64,000 bases of DNA from NCBI GenBank assembly GCA_028534125.1, contig CM052816.1:6140001-6204000 (forward strand), written 5' to 3'. Made by a program: the position numbers and the translations under genes. Under the pieces are notes generated by a model. That model searched no databases and had not been told where the DNA came from. It saw nothing but the letters and a program-made list of their open reading frames with translations. Positions 11,616-24,443 of this stretch are shown here, piece after piece. The DNA comes from Lama glama. Lineage: Eukaryota. The stretch's first letter is position 1, and each line of letters starts with the position of its first letter.

Positions 11616-12629
11616 TGGTGAACCTGGGCTCTGAGCCTTTGGTTGGCGTGGAATGAGGCCAAGAGAAGAGAATGAGTGAAGGTTTGTAAAGCCCGATTGA
11701 AAGTACATGATGTTGTAAACAGCTTAGTGCCATGGAGATTCACCAAGAGTCAAGGGGTCGGGTCTGGTGTTAACTTGCTTGTCAAGCGACTTCGTTCCAG
11801 AAGCTGGACTCTGTTTCCTCATTTTTAAAAGAGAAATATCATCTATCTCATAGGGTTGCTGTTAAGATTGTCATGATGGTTAGATGAAATGTTATGTGTG
11901 TCTTAGGCTGGACAGTAGGACCTGAGTTTATTTGTAACACATACTTAAGAGTTAACACTTTATTGGGGGCTGGATTAAAAACTCAGAACAGTCTGAGAGA
12001 TGGAGAAGAATGAGCAGTGTATCTCTGGCTCCCCTGTGGTCCCCTGTGTCTCTTGTAAAAGGTTGCCCCTTATTATGTTAACTCCCCCATACTTCAGTGT
12101 TCCATCCCCTGCCCCTCCTGGCAGCTACTGGAGGAGAACATTTGGGCTGGGGAGTAGAACCTGGCACATAAGTCCTGTGGCTCTCACCCCTAAAGAGACT
12201 GTAAGAGTGGAGGCCGTGGTGGATGTGGCCAGGGTTTTATGACCGTGAGAGGGATACAGACTGTGGGTGCTCCTTGGACAGAGCCTAGAGCTGAGCATGG
12301 GGGGGCAGAGAAGTTATGAGGAGATGCACCAGCCTGGTCAGGCAGAGTATTGCAAAATACCTTTATATATGTAAAGAATAAGGCAAATTATCATTATAAA
12401 TAATTTCAAATCTCCAGATTTCAGTTTTGGTGCTTAATTTTTATATCTTTCTTTCTTTCTTATGTTGTGACTTTGTCCCAGACAAGTATGTTCTTCCTAC
12501 GTGTTGTTACAAAATAAATTTTAAAATATTTAGTGAACAAATGTATGAAGAATGTTGCCTAATTTTATAGGTATCTGTCTTTGTAAGGGCCATAAGGTAG
12601 CTCTTTCCCTCTCAATAAAAATAGATGAC

Positions 12630-12790
12630 CCTTTATTGTGAACTTACCCATGTCCTGGGCCACACACCTCACTCAGCGCACACTCATCCCCATTGTTACC
12701 CCAATTCTACAGATGAGGAAACTGAAGCTTAAAAGTTAAAGATATTGCTCAAAGTCACACTAGTAAGTTCCTGAGTTCCAAGAAACTTGA
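12630..12790 (-). mobile_element. MIR SINE
   Basis: ttctacagatgaggaaactgaagc...ttgctcaaagtcacactagtaag. Confidence 0.7.
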
Positions 12791-13158
12791 TAGTTTTGTG
12801 ACTTCTGTTTTGTCCTCAATTGCTGTGTTTCCATTTGCATTTTAGGGTTCCAGATTGAGTTTGTGTGACGGAGGTAGCAGGAAGTATTGCTGGGCCTTAT
12901 CTTTTGCTACTGTGATCCTGACAATGGAGACAGTCCTAAATGCTGTGTCCCCAAAACTTGATCGCACACATTTCTGTTAGAATTTTGCTCTCAGATCGAT
13001 ACCAGGATGTTAGATTTCGCAAGGACAGCATCTGTGCCTACTTAGCCTTTGCACCCCTCAAGCCCAGAAGACCACTGGCAGATATTAAGCCATTAATAGA
13101 AAAGAACAGATGAGGGCTGGAGGTGTAAGGCACTGAACATCAGACGTGCTCTCTAAGG

Positions 13159-13386
13159 CAGAGGCTGGCAAATCGTGGTGCACTGGCCAAATCTAGCCTG
13201 CTGCCTGCTTATGTAAATAAAGATTTATTGAAACACAGTTTTGCCCATTTGTTTATATAATGTCTACAACTGCTTTTGAATTTGTGCTGCAACAGCAGAG
13301 ATGAGAAGTTGTAACACAGACCATATATCTCAAAACCAGAAATATTTCCTATCTGGCCTTTTGTAGGAAAAGGTCGCCCACTCATA
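13159..13386. mobile_element. MER58A hAT-Charlie MITE
   Basis: cagaggctggcaaa...ggccaaatctagcctgctgcctg...gtaaataaagatttattgaaacacag...aatatttcctatctggcc; 8-bp TSD-like ctctaagg / ctctaaca. Confidence 0.85.
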
Positions 13387-13519
13387 CTCTAACATTTGCT
13401 TGAAGTAGACTTAGAGCTGCAGTAAAAAGTTTAGATGAAAAAAAAAAAAAAGAAGTGGGTCATTAAAGTGCCTTCTCCCCCCCGCCTCTTCTCTCTAATG
13501 AAAATAAAGTATAGTTATC

Positions 13520-13880
13520 ATAATGTCATATTAAATGTATAAAAATGGAACAGAGTTAAATGTCTAACAGTTGAGAGGTGATTAAATGTGTTGTAGAATG
13601 CTGTGCCATCGTTAAAAATCCTGCCATCAAAGTATTGTTTATGAACAATAGAAAAAAGATTACAGTATAATAAAAGTAAAAAAATCAAAATACTAAATGC
13701 CATTTAATTCTACTTTTGTCCCAAAATATATACACATTTATAAAATAAAGTTTAGAGGGAAACACTTGAATATTACAAGTGTTCAGGTGAGAGAATTGTG
13801 GCTCATTTTGATTTTCTGTTTCATGCTTATGTGCATTTTCTATTCTTTTCCACAGTGTTCAGGCGTGTTTCCTCTATGAA
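13520..13880 (+). mobile_element. Very old L1ME-type 3' end
   Basis: aaatgtctaacagttgagaggtgattaaat...agaatgctgtgccatcgttaaaaat; A-rich. Confidence 0.45.
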
Positions 13881-14854
13881 AGTTTAATTTTGAAAATGTT
13901 AAAAAAATGTAGAATCCCTGATAATGTAACAATATAAAAATAGTCCAGAAAATTGCCTCTGTGAAGAGGGTGGCTAGTTATGGGCGCCTCCAGCTTCTTT
14001 CCTGTAAATGTCCCTTTTCTCTGCGGGCTTCTTGTCCGTTAGATTATTGTGACCTCTACTCCATCAGGCTCCAGGGAGCCCCATTTCCCCTTAAAAACTG
14101 CAAATGCATGAATAGAAACAACTCTTCCTGCTTTCCTTTGCTCGGCTGAGACGGGCTGACATTTTCAAAAAGAACTTTAATACTCGGAGAACAAAAAGGC
14201 AATAATTACAGAAAATACAAAAGGCATAACAGTTGTAATGTTCAAAATGTGAGCTTCTAGTTGTCTAAAGGGCTGTCTCCTCGTCGAATCAGAAGCAGAA
14301 GTGGCGCCCTGCTGGAGCCTTGCCTAGTTCCCCTCAAGCAGGCACTGCTGTGTTTCCACCACCTGAAACCAGTCTTGGGGCAAAGAGTCTGCGTAGCAGT
14401 CAAGGATAGAGCATCAGTTGCTGAAACTCTCATCTGGGGCTTTCTCCGGGAGAGGTCACGGTGCATCCAGAGATGACTGACGAGGTGAGAGATGGCACCC
14501 TTTGTCAGTTGAGTTGGGGAGCACCTCACATTTTAAACATATGCATACACATCTCCACATACACACACACAGACACACATGCAGACACACACACTGCACC
14601 TCTACAGAACGTAACTCATTTCCACTTTAGGATCTTTTGTCCCTCTCATGCCAAGGGAAGTGGCCAAGTCAAAATCCATCCATTACAGTTCAGAGTATGA
14701 CAGTTCATGACACGCCCATATGTCAGAAACAGCCCCGTATGTTGTGACAGAACATTTTCAGTGCTCCCCGTCCTAATGCACAAGCTAGAAATATGGGAGG
14801 AGGTATCAGAACCCAAAGTTTCTCACCTTTGCCCTTGCCTGTGCTTTTTTAAAA

Positions 14855-15047
14855 AAAACTCTTGTATATTTCTTTTCTTTCAGTTGTTTCTTTTTAAATA
14901 TTTATTATGTTTATTATATTATGTGATTATTTTGTTTGGGATGGGAGGTAATTAGATTTATTTGTTTTTAGGGGAGATACTGGGGATTGAAGCCAGGACC
15001 CTCCTACGTGCTAACCTGCTCACTACCACTTGAGCTATACCCTCCCC
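14855..15047 (-). mobile_element. Camelid tRNA-derived SINE (Vic-1-like)
   Basis: gggaggtaattagatttattt...gatactggggattgaagccaggacc...ctaccacttgagctataccctcccc, with an AT-rich tail on the left. Confidence 0.82.
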
Positions 15048-15059
15048 ACTTGCTCATGA

Positions 15060-15352
15060 ATCCTGTGATATCCCTTCCCCATCCTCTTGCCTCTGAGAAG
15101 CCTTCTCTGTAGACCCTAAGAATAAATGATTCCTCTCTCCACTGAAATAATGAAGTCTTGCTTACATCTCCTTTGTAGCTTGTACCATAAAACTGATCTG
15201 TACTGAAACTAATAGCATCCCTCTCTTTTGTTTCTGTAAGCAGCTCAGGGCAACAACTATTTTTTTTAATTGCTGTATCCCCTTATACAGGGTTTGAAAG
15301 TGTCTTACATGTGACAGACGCCCCATAAATAGTTACTGAATAATTGAATAAG
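15060..15352 (+). mobile_element. L2 3' end
   Basis: gaagccttctctg...ctgtaagcagctcagggca...ataaatagttactgaataattgaataa. Confidence 0.55.
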
Positions 15353-15419
15353 TGCATTTTACTAATTATGGAGAAAGTCTAAAGAGATACAGCTAGGATT
15401 AATGTGTTGAAGTTCCCAG

Positions 15420-15630
15420 GAGATCAATTTAAACTCAGTGTAAAAAAGAACTTTCTCGGAGTCCACACTGTATAACGTTGTGACGGATTGTTCTGGAAAA
15501 TACCACTGGGTGTATTCTAGTCAAGATGAAAGTCTCCTTTTGAGGAATATCATTATGGAGGTTCATACTAGAGATGAAAGATTAAACTAAATATGCGCTA
15601 AAGTTTTTTCCAGCTTTATCCTCCCAATGA
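15420..15630 (+). mobile_element. L3/CR1 LINE 3' fragment
   Basis: atttaaactcagtgtaaaaaagaactttct...agattaaactaaatatg..ctaaagttttttccagct. Confidence 0.45.
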
Positions 15631-16719
15631 CTCTAAATACAAATGCAGGCAAGAAGTCTCGCTGGAATAGGTTTTATCGTTTGTTCAGGCTGTCAGCAAG
15701 CTAGGCTGCGTCTGCATTGTGCATATCCATCATTACCAATTTCTCTTTTTTCTACCTCGTCCTTTCTCAGCTCTAGCTGTTAAACTCTATTAAGTGACAT
15801 CATAACAGCTAAAAAGCAGTAGCATCCACTGAAGTAACTGACACTTCTTGGAAATCCATGAAATGAATGTATTTTGTTTGAGGATAATTTGGCTCTGAGT
15901 TAAAATATTTGCTGGGTTTCTCCCCCTATCCTCCCCTAAAAATGCTAGTTTCCTGAAACTGGGGCTTCATTTCTGAGAATTACCTTGTTCTGCTGCCTGG
16001 TCTACCTGCGGTGCTGAAATGCTATTTGCAGCAACCAAATGACTTTCTGGGAATCCAATTTATACAGTGACAGATGGGGGATTCCAAAAGGGAAAGCTTC
16101 CATTCATATCCAGCAAATCATCTTTATGGGAAGAAAGTTAGAAGTAAATCTGGTGACATACACAGAAATTTAAGTTCTGGATTCCGTCATCTTCCATGTT
16201 TTAATTATTTTTCTGTAAAGTAGCTGGACTCAGAATAAGTTTGTGCCTCACTATTTTCAGACATTCAAATTAACCGTTAGTGAGTGATGATGAATTTACT
16301 AAGCAATATTATAAAACTGATTTTTCATTTTCTTCCTATCTTTGAAAGTTTGTACCATTCATATCACAGGCACTACTTGATAAAGACATAATTTCAAGAA
16401 ATTAAATATCCAATTTCTGATTTTTCCTGTTTCCCTCTTTTTGAAAAATCCACATTTACAGAATTATTTTGCTTCCAAACTATTGCATATGAAATTTTTA
16501 ATATAAATGACCCATTGCTAGGCCAATTTCCTTGTCTGTTAACTTAGCTACTTTTGAGTTTTCCTGTTTCTTAAAACCCAGAATGTTGTTGTGGCTGTCA
16601 TTTGATACGCTCAGAAGAAAAATCACAAGATTAAAAATGCCCTGAGCAGAGTAAAACATGGTATACTAGAATTCCACGGGGACCTGACTCCTGGGAACCC
16701 CTACAAGGCTGCTGGGCTA

Positions 16720-17030
16720 TGGGAACTGAGGCCCTAAGATGATAAGTGACTTGCAAAAAATCACACAGAAAATTGCTGACAAAAATAATAATGATCACAA
16801 ACTTTCTTGTGCACTCATAGTACTCTAGGGTCTCTTGTAAATGCTTTTCAGTTGTCTACTCATGTGATCCATTTAGTCATTCTATGGAATTGTTACTATT
16901 ACTAGTAGTAGATTAGAAAAAAAATGAGATGCAGAAAGGTTAAATATTTTGCCCGAGGTTACAAAACTGATAAGAGAATCGGGATCTGAACTTGGGCGGA
17001 ATGGTTTCCAAACCTTGTTATTACTCATTA
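16720..17030 (-). mobile_element. MIR fragments (two adjacent)
   Basis: gaactgaggcc..aagtgacttgc; gaaaggttaaatattttgcccgaggttaca...gggatctgaac. Confidence 0.6.
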
Positions 17031-17659
17031 TACAGTTTTTCCTTTTCTGTCAGAAACATGTGTACTCATTTTGTCCATAGTCTGTAAACGTCTGCATGTA
17101 TGCAGGGGAGAGGAAAGCACACACCCGTACACATATCCTACATGTACGTCGTTCTCTTTTGTTTGCAAAGCTCTGTCTCTAAACAGGGAAAGGATGACTA
17201 ACAGTTCCTTCTGGTAGGTTGATTATCATAATACACATTCCTGCAAATGGAAAACCATTGCCCTAGCTAATCTTAACATCCCCACATCAGTAGCTATTTT
17301 GAGAAAAAGCAATTCCCATCTGTTATAGAAGCATATTTGGTGACAGCACACATCTCCTTATCCCCATGCCATCCCATTGCAGTGCAATGGTGAAAACAGC
17401 ATGATTTTCTTCGTTAATTCTGGAAAGCTCTCTCTAAGCCAGAACACGTGAGAGGGTTCAGTGCCTTCTTAGTTGTGATGTGCAAAAGGATGTCTGTAAT
17501 CTTCGCCCTCTCTCATTTTGAATTCACGTAAGTGACTGGATGGATCAGATGTATGTAATAGTCAAACCTTTTGGCAGTATGTGCTTTTCTTAGAATATAA
17601 TGGACATCTGTTGCTTTTCTGCTCAGTGCTTTTTTCCATTGGAGAAATGGTTCACCCTA

Positions 17660-18048
17660 ACCAAGAGGAATCATCATTTACCTGCCTAGATGTTGAGGTG
17701 GGTTCAAGGATGGGCACATGACCAAAAGTGGTACAGTGGGGGCTTCCCACTAGACTTCTGCATGAGCCATTGAGGAAGAGGATCCTTCCTTTCTTGAAGA
17801 TCTCTAGGTATGAGAATAAAATAAGCCTGGGATTGAGGAGAGCTTTTGTGGACATGTGAAATAATTGTGTCTGAGAATTAAGCCAAAATAGAAAAAAATA
17901 GATTCAGAAAAGGGAGATGAAAGGTACAAGACCTTCAACTCTTGAGCTGAGCCACACCTGAAGCTAGGGTCTAATTTGGGGTTTTTAGTTGTGCAAGCAT
18001 AAGCAAAAGGAGAGTTTCTGTCACTTGCGACCCAAAGAACCCTAATTT
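17660..18048 (+). mobile_element. MaLR LTR (MLT1J-like)
   Basis: ggttcaaggatgggcacatgacca...agccacacctgaagctag...tttctgtcacttgcgacccaaagaaccctaa. Confidence 0.6.
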
Positions 18049-18064
18049 AATGCGTGGACTCCTA

Positions 18065-18365
18065 GAGCCTGAGAATCAGAAGGGACCTTAATGATCTAAT
18101 CTCTTACCTGGTAAATAATGCCATTTATGGCCCTTCTGTCTTTGGTTACTTAGGTTCTGTCTCTCCTTGAATTCCTCTAGTGGCAGGAGTTTGTTATTAC
18201 ATTTGACATTTCATTCCATGACTGGCCAGCTATAGTTTCCAGGCAGTTTATTTTTTCTAATATCAAACAACTTGCCTTCTGAAACCTTCCCTTCACTAAC
18301 CTTATTAATGTTCTCTGGAGCGTCACAGAAAAGTCAATGTGCTTCTTAAAATAATTGAAGACAGC
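18065..18365 (-). mobile_element. L3/CR1-like fragment
   Basis: agaagggaccttaatgatcta...ctctccttgaattcctctagtggcaggag...ctctggagc..cacagaa..aataattgaagacagct. Confidence 0.4.
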
Positions 18366-19184
18366 TATCTTGGCTCATGTATTTCAAACAGTCCATCAAC
18401 TTTGTTTGAAAATTAACATACTTCTCTGCTCTGTACCCTGCCCACGTCCTAGTGTGTAAATACTCTAGTTCCTTTGACCCCTGAGTCTTCCATTCAGCCA
18501 TCTCAGAAGCTACCTGGGGAGGGCGAACAGGCTGTTCAGCCCATACCCTCTTTAGCTGTGCTTTTTTGTTTGTTTGTTTCTACATATTGCTTCATTTGGG
18601 GACGGGGAAGAAAAATTGGTTAGACACGGCATTTTTGTTTGGTTTCAGCCCTCTTAAACTCTTCCCTAATGTCAAAATTAATCAGAATGAAACAAAGCCC
18701 TTTGAATGAGGCTTGATTTGCTCAAAGTTCATTTATATTATCCTTGGTCATGATGCAGGAAGCCTGGAATGGCTTTGAGCTTTGGAAAGCTGAGAATCCA
18801 CTCAGATTTCCAAATCTTTGATTGCATGAACAGATACCAAGCCTGAATGTTTTTGTATTTCCAATTGAAACATGGACACTAGTGATGAAAGGGAGAAATG
18901 GATTAATCTTTGGATTTGAGGATTTTAAATACATTTTCTTGCTAACATCAAGACTCTTTATGTAAAATTAAATTATAATTTTTTTCTAAAAAGTCACCCT
19001 TATAATAAACCAATTAATTCATAAATGCTTAAAGAAAAACCTTAATAAACTGCCTCAGTGCCTCTACTTCCATTCCCTTGAGGGGATCAATGTGAACAAT
19101 CTGATTTGTATTCTCCCACACTAATCTATATACTCATACATATGTACATGGATAATTTACTTTGGTGAATGTCTTTTAAAAATA

Positions 19185-20060
19185 TGTTTATTCATGGATT
19201 TAGCAAGTGCTTATAGTGTGTTTATGATGCATCAGGAGCTGTTCTAAGCATTTTGGATACAGAGTGAACAAAACCAAACGCCGGCCTTCCTGGAGCTTAT
19301 AGTCTATTGGTGGAGAGAGAGATAATGTATAGTAAATTTGGGTAAATTACATGGTATTATTAGAAAATGACACACATTAAGGAGAAAAGTAAAGTAGGGA
19401 AGGAAGATTAGAAACATTGGGGGTTGCATTTTAGTGTAACCAGTGAGGACTTTAGTGCCAAGAGCATCATATTCGGGGAAAGGAAAGAGTACGTATCAAA
19501 TCTCTGGGGCAGGAGTGCCCTTGTTGTGTTCAAGGAACAACCAGGGACCCAGCTCTGCTGGGGTAAAGTGACCGAGGGACAGAGCATAAGGGGATAAGGA
19601 CAGAGCAGTGATGGGGATCAGCTCCTGCAGGACCTTAAAAGTCTTGTAAGGACTTTGGATTTTGCTCTGAAGGACACCAAATGGCTCTGACTTAAGGGAG
19701 AGCACACCCTGATTGGCAATTTGCAGGATCCCTCTGGCTGCTGTGCTGAGAATAGACTGAAAAAGGTGACAAGGGTCTAAGCAGGGAGCCCAGCTGGAAG
19801 GTTGTTGTAATCATCCAGGAGGAAGGTGATGGAACAGGATGGTGGAAGTGGGTGCAGCATGAAGTGATCACATTCTGGATACATTTTCAGGGTTGAGTTT
19901 CCAGATTTGCTGAGGGATCAGATCTGGGACGTGAGACAAAAGGTACAGTGAGGGATGGTACCAAGGCTTTTATCCTAAAAACTGAAAGAAGAGTCAGCAT
20001 GAATTCAGATGAGCTAGGCTGCAAAATGAGCAGGGATTTCAACAGCAAGCCCGAAAGTTA
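19185..20060 (-). mobile_element. L2a LINE 3' portion
   Basis: tgttctaagcattttggatacagagtgaacaaaac...ggagcttatagtcta...gtaaggactttggattttgctctga...ctctggctgctgtgctgagaatagact. Confidence 0.8.
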
Positions 20061-20269
20061 AATTTTAAGGCATATTTAAGTTTGATGCCAATTGGACAGT
20101 ATTTTGGTAGGTGTATAACATTTCATGATGTGATTAATCTAATCCTAACTTTGTTGCTGAAATTCAGGTTATTATCAGGTTTTACAAGTATAAACATCAC
20201 TGCAGTTTTTTCAAGGCCCAGTTCTTGTTGGTCAAGTGTCACCTTAAATGTTGCCTGCTCAGCGTTCCC

Positions 20270-20435
20270 ATTTTTTTTTTTGCTTCTTTTTTTTTTAATT
20301 GAAGTATAATCAATTTGTGTTAATTTCCAGTGTACAATATAGTGATTCAGTTATATATTTGTATATATTCTTTTTTGTTATAGGCTGTTACAAGGTGTTG
20401 AATGTAGTTCCCTGTGCTATACAGTAGGACCTTGC
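20270..20435 (-). mobile_element. Short cetartiodactyl-type L1 3' end
   Basis: poly-T, taattgaagtata...gtagttccctgtgctatacagtaggaccttg. Confidence 0.8.
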
Positions 20436-21789
20436 CAGATATTTTTCCTTACGTATTTATCATCCATCTCTTGTCCCTTGGAATGTAAGCTTTATAAGAC
20501 CAGAGCCTTTGTCTGTCTTTGTGATTGGCACAGAGTAGGTACTCCATAAATACTTGTTGAAAGAATAAATACTGTATACATATGCAGAGCTCACATACTG
20601 GCACTTTTGTTTTTATAGGCGAGATTCCCAAAAGTGGAATTGCTGTGTCAAATTGTATTTTTAATTATACTGATACTGCCAGATTAATTTCCTAAAAGGT
20701 TATAACAATCCATTCTCCCACCAACAGTGTAGGAAAGCAGTCATTTCCCTGCATCAATTGAAGCACTGGGTGATTTTATCCTTTGATGTTTTGCTTCAGC
20801 ATTGCTTTCTCATTTTTAAATCTTTCTGCTTCTAATGGCTCCAGATAGCTTGAGTAATTTAAATACAGTTAATGAACTCCTATAGAAGGCAGCAACAATT
20901 TGTTTAGCTCTCTTTGAGATTATTTTAAAGACTATATTCACTTTTAACTTCTAGGGTTGTTTGATGTTGTGAGTATAGGTAATTTATCAAGGACAGATTT
21001 AACTGTTTAGTCCCTTCCTCTTTAGTGCTTGGAAACTTGAAACCACTAAGAGAATAGGGCTTTTCCCATTAAAATACCTGATGGTTTTTTTTTTTTGAAG
21101 AGATTTATGAAAAGAAGTTCTATAAATCCATATTTTAAAACGCATGCATATTGGATCATTCTGGGAGAAGGATGTGAATAATGGTATAATTAGTGTAATA
21201 AATGTTGGATTCATGTTGAAAATAATTTATTTCTGCATAAAATCTCTGAAGCTGTAAAGCTTTCAGCTGAAACAGATTATTTACATCACCATTCAGGAAA
21301 GGTAGACACTTGATTCCCACCTCTCACCCGCCTTCCCCGTCAAATGATCCTGTCAGGATATTCATTCACACCATTCATCGGAGAGGAAGCTTTTCTTTTG
21401 TTCCTTGATTGTCATTTGCCCTTCATTGTTTGGTTTGAATCTTTTGTTTTCATCCAGCTGTCATTTATTTCTTCCCATTGTCAAAGTCCGGATCAAGTGA
21501 GAGTACGTAAATTCTGAGACTCTGTGTTGAGATGTCTCTCCTGCTCTGAACCTGACGTCTGTGATGTTAACCAAGCACCACAGTCTTATTATTCCAGTTT
21601 TTCCAGCATAAACATACTGGATTCAGGAATGAGTGCCAGTTAGACTGGTGGACTTGTAGTGTTCAAGACACAGTACCCCCAAATCCCACCATCCAGCTGG
21701 AAAAATAGTGTTATGTAAAGATCTCCCTGCTGACAAATCAGGTGAGCAGCAGCATGTGTGGAGCACCTGACAACCAGACACTGTATAAG

Positions 21790-22099
21790 GTCTGTCCCCA
21801 GTCTCTCATCCACAGTTTCAAATTCCCAACCCTCTAAAAACAGCAAGATATGTTCTGAACTTACCTGGTGGTCGACCTGATCTGAAATGGCTTGAGCTTA
21901 TTTATATTTTTTTATTCCATTTAAAATAAGTAACTACACATTTTTCTGTAGAGATATTAATATGTACAATTATGAGGTATGGATCAGATTCTACTGGAGA
22001 TTATAAGTAATATAAGGTTTTCATAGCATATTACCCATCAAAATCTAAAATAATGGAATTCTGAAACCCAGAGGTTTGGGGTAAAAGCATGTGGACCTG
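21790..22099. mobile_element. MER46C-like TcMar-Tigger MITE
   Basis: Degenerate TIRs gtccccagtctctcatcc ... aaagcatgtggacctg; internal aaaatctaaaa..gaattctgaaac. Confidence 0.6.
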
Positions 22100-23930
22100 T
22101 GGGTAAATCTATATGAATATTGACTGCATAAATAACTGCAACATCTCCTGGATAAAAATATATAGAGACAAAGTATCCAGCAGCAGTATCATATCAGTAG
22201 TGAAGTAGGTAAATGGAGTTAAGGTGTGCTAGAGTCTTTTCATTGACAAGGAGAATAAAAGGCAAAGGTAATGTAGGGGGTAATACATAAAGAATAGAAA
22301 AAGTATAAATTTCAAACTAACAGAGGAAAAATTAAATACAAAAAATTATTAACAAATCTCAAAACAAGGCAAAGAAGGAGAGTAAAAGGAACATAGAACA
22401 AGCAAGGAAAATGTAAACACATAGAAACATACATTAAATTTTTTGGCTCTAAATGCTCCATATAGAAGTAAAAAAAAAAACATAGAATGAATTAAGAAAG
22501 CAGAACAAGCCAAAAAACTCATTTGGTATATTTCTCCAAAACCTCAACATTCTATTCATAAATACAGAGAGGTTCAAATAAAAGGGAAAGACAATGTATT
22601 GCCTGCAAACACTCACCAAAGGAATGCTGGTATGGTGATATTAATAACAGAAATAATAGACTTTAAGACAGAAAGTCTTAACAGATTTTAAAAAAAAGGT
22701 AATTTCATAATACTAAAAGGTTTAATTCATCAGGAAGACATAATAGATCTAAATTTCTATGCACATAATAACACATTCTCAAAATACATAAAGCAGAAAT
22801 AGAAATACAGGATGATAGCAAATTTATAAAACTAACAAAACAATTTTAATACATATCTTTTAGTAACTGATGGCATAATCAAATAAAACATTAGTTAGGA
22901 TCTAGAAAAATTTAATAATGTCATTAAATAAGTTGACCTAGTAGACATAAACAGAACATTAAATTCAGTAACTGCAGAATATGTATTCTTTTAAGCACAT
23001 GTAGAATATTTATTTAAAAAAGATCATATGGCAAATTTGAATAAATGTAAGTGTTTAAAATTATAGAGAGCATTTTCTGTGACCCCAACATAATTATTCT
23101 AATAATTAATAACATATATTTGGATATTAAGAAATATATTTCTAAATAGCCTTTTGGTTAAAGAAAAGATCATAACAAATATTGAAATATATTTTAGCTG
23201 AATAACAAGGGAAATACTACACATCAAAAATGGCAGGATACAGCTAAAACAGTGATTAGAGGGAAATTCATTCTTATAGTGTATATAGTAGAAGGTAAAA
23301 AAGCCTGAAAATAAACTAAACATCCACATCACAAGGTTAGAAAAAAGAATAGCAAAATAAACACAAAGAAAGCAAAGGATAACAGTAAAAAATTAATAAA
23401 AAAGATTGCAAATATGCAATAGAGAGAATCAACAAACATTGTTTCTTTTTTTTAATTGAAATACAATTGATTTACAATGTTGGGTTAATTTCTGGTACAC
23501 AGCATAATGATTCAGTTGTACATATAAATATATATATATTCCTTTTCATATTATTATTCATTTTTTTCCATTATAGGTTATTATAAGGTGTTGGATATAG
23601 TTCCCTGTGGTGTACAGTAGGACCTTATTGTTAATCTATTTTAGATGTAGTAGTTGGTATCTCCAAATCCCAAACTCCTAATTTATCCCTCCATCTACAT
23701 CCCTTTTCCCCTCTGGTAACCATAAGTTTGTTTTCTGTATCTATGAATCTGTTTCTGTTTTGTAAATAAGTTCATTTGTGTCATTTTTTATAGATTCCAC
23801 ATATAAGTGATATCATATGATATTTATATTTCTCTTACTACTTCACTTAATATGATAATCTCTGGGTCCATCCATGTTGCTGCAAATGGCATTATTTCAC
23901 TCTTCTTTCAATGGCTGAGTGATATTCCAC

Positions 23931-24024
23931 TATATATATATGTGTGTGTGTATATATATATATATGTACACACACACATACATACACATACATACACACA
24001 CATACACATACATACATATACACA
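23931..24024. repeat. Compound (TA)/(TG)/(CA) alternating purine-pyrimidine tract inside the L1
   Basis: Directly visible. Confidence 0.9.
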
Positions 24025-24140
24025 AAACACACATACATACCACATCTTCTTTATCCAGTCATTGGTTGATGGACATTTAGCTTGCTTCCATTTCTTGGCT
24101 ATTGTAGTGATCCTGTTATCATTGAGGTGCATGTATGTTT

Positions 24141-24443
24141 TCAAATTAGAGTTTCCTCTGGATATGTGAGTTGGAGTGGAATTGCTGGATAATATGGTAA
24201 GCCTGTTTTTAGTATTTTAAGGAATCTCCATACTGTTTTCCATAATGGCTGCACCAAACTACATTCCCACCAGCAGTGTAGGAGGGTTTCCTTTTCTCCA
24301 CACCCTCTCCAGCATCTATCATTTGTGGTCTTTTTAATCATGGCCATTCTGACTGGTGTGAGGTGATACCTCATTGTAGTTTTGATTTGCATTTCTCTGA
24401 TCATTGGCGATACTGAGCATTTTTTCATGTGCCTATTGGCCAT
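24141..24443 (-). pseudogene. L1 ORF2p C-terminal Cys-rich domain fragment
   Basis: [60 protein letters not shown], the typical L1 ORF2 CCHC region. Confidence 0.92.

Noticed and set aside
11253..11733. 151-aa and 80-aa minus-strand ORFs
   Set aside because: They span LTR remnants and a (CA)n repeat; no recognisable protein.
14975..15047. tRNA-like A/B box sequence
   Set aside because: Head of a tRNA-derived SINE with an AT-rich tail; not an intact tRNA gene.
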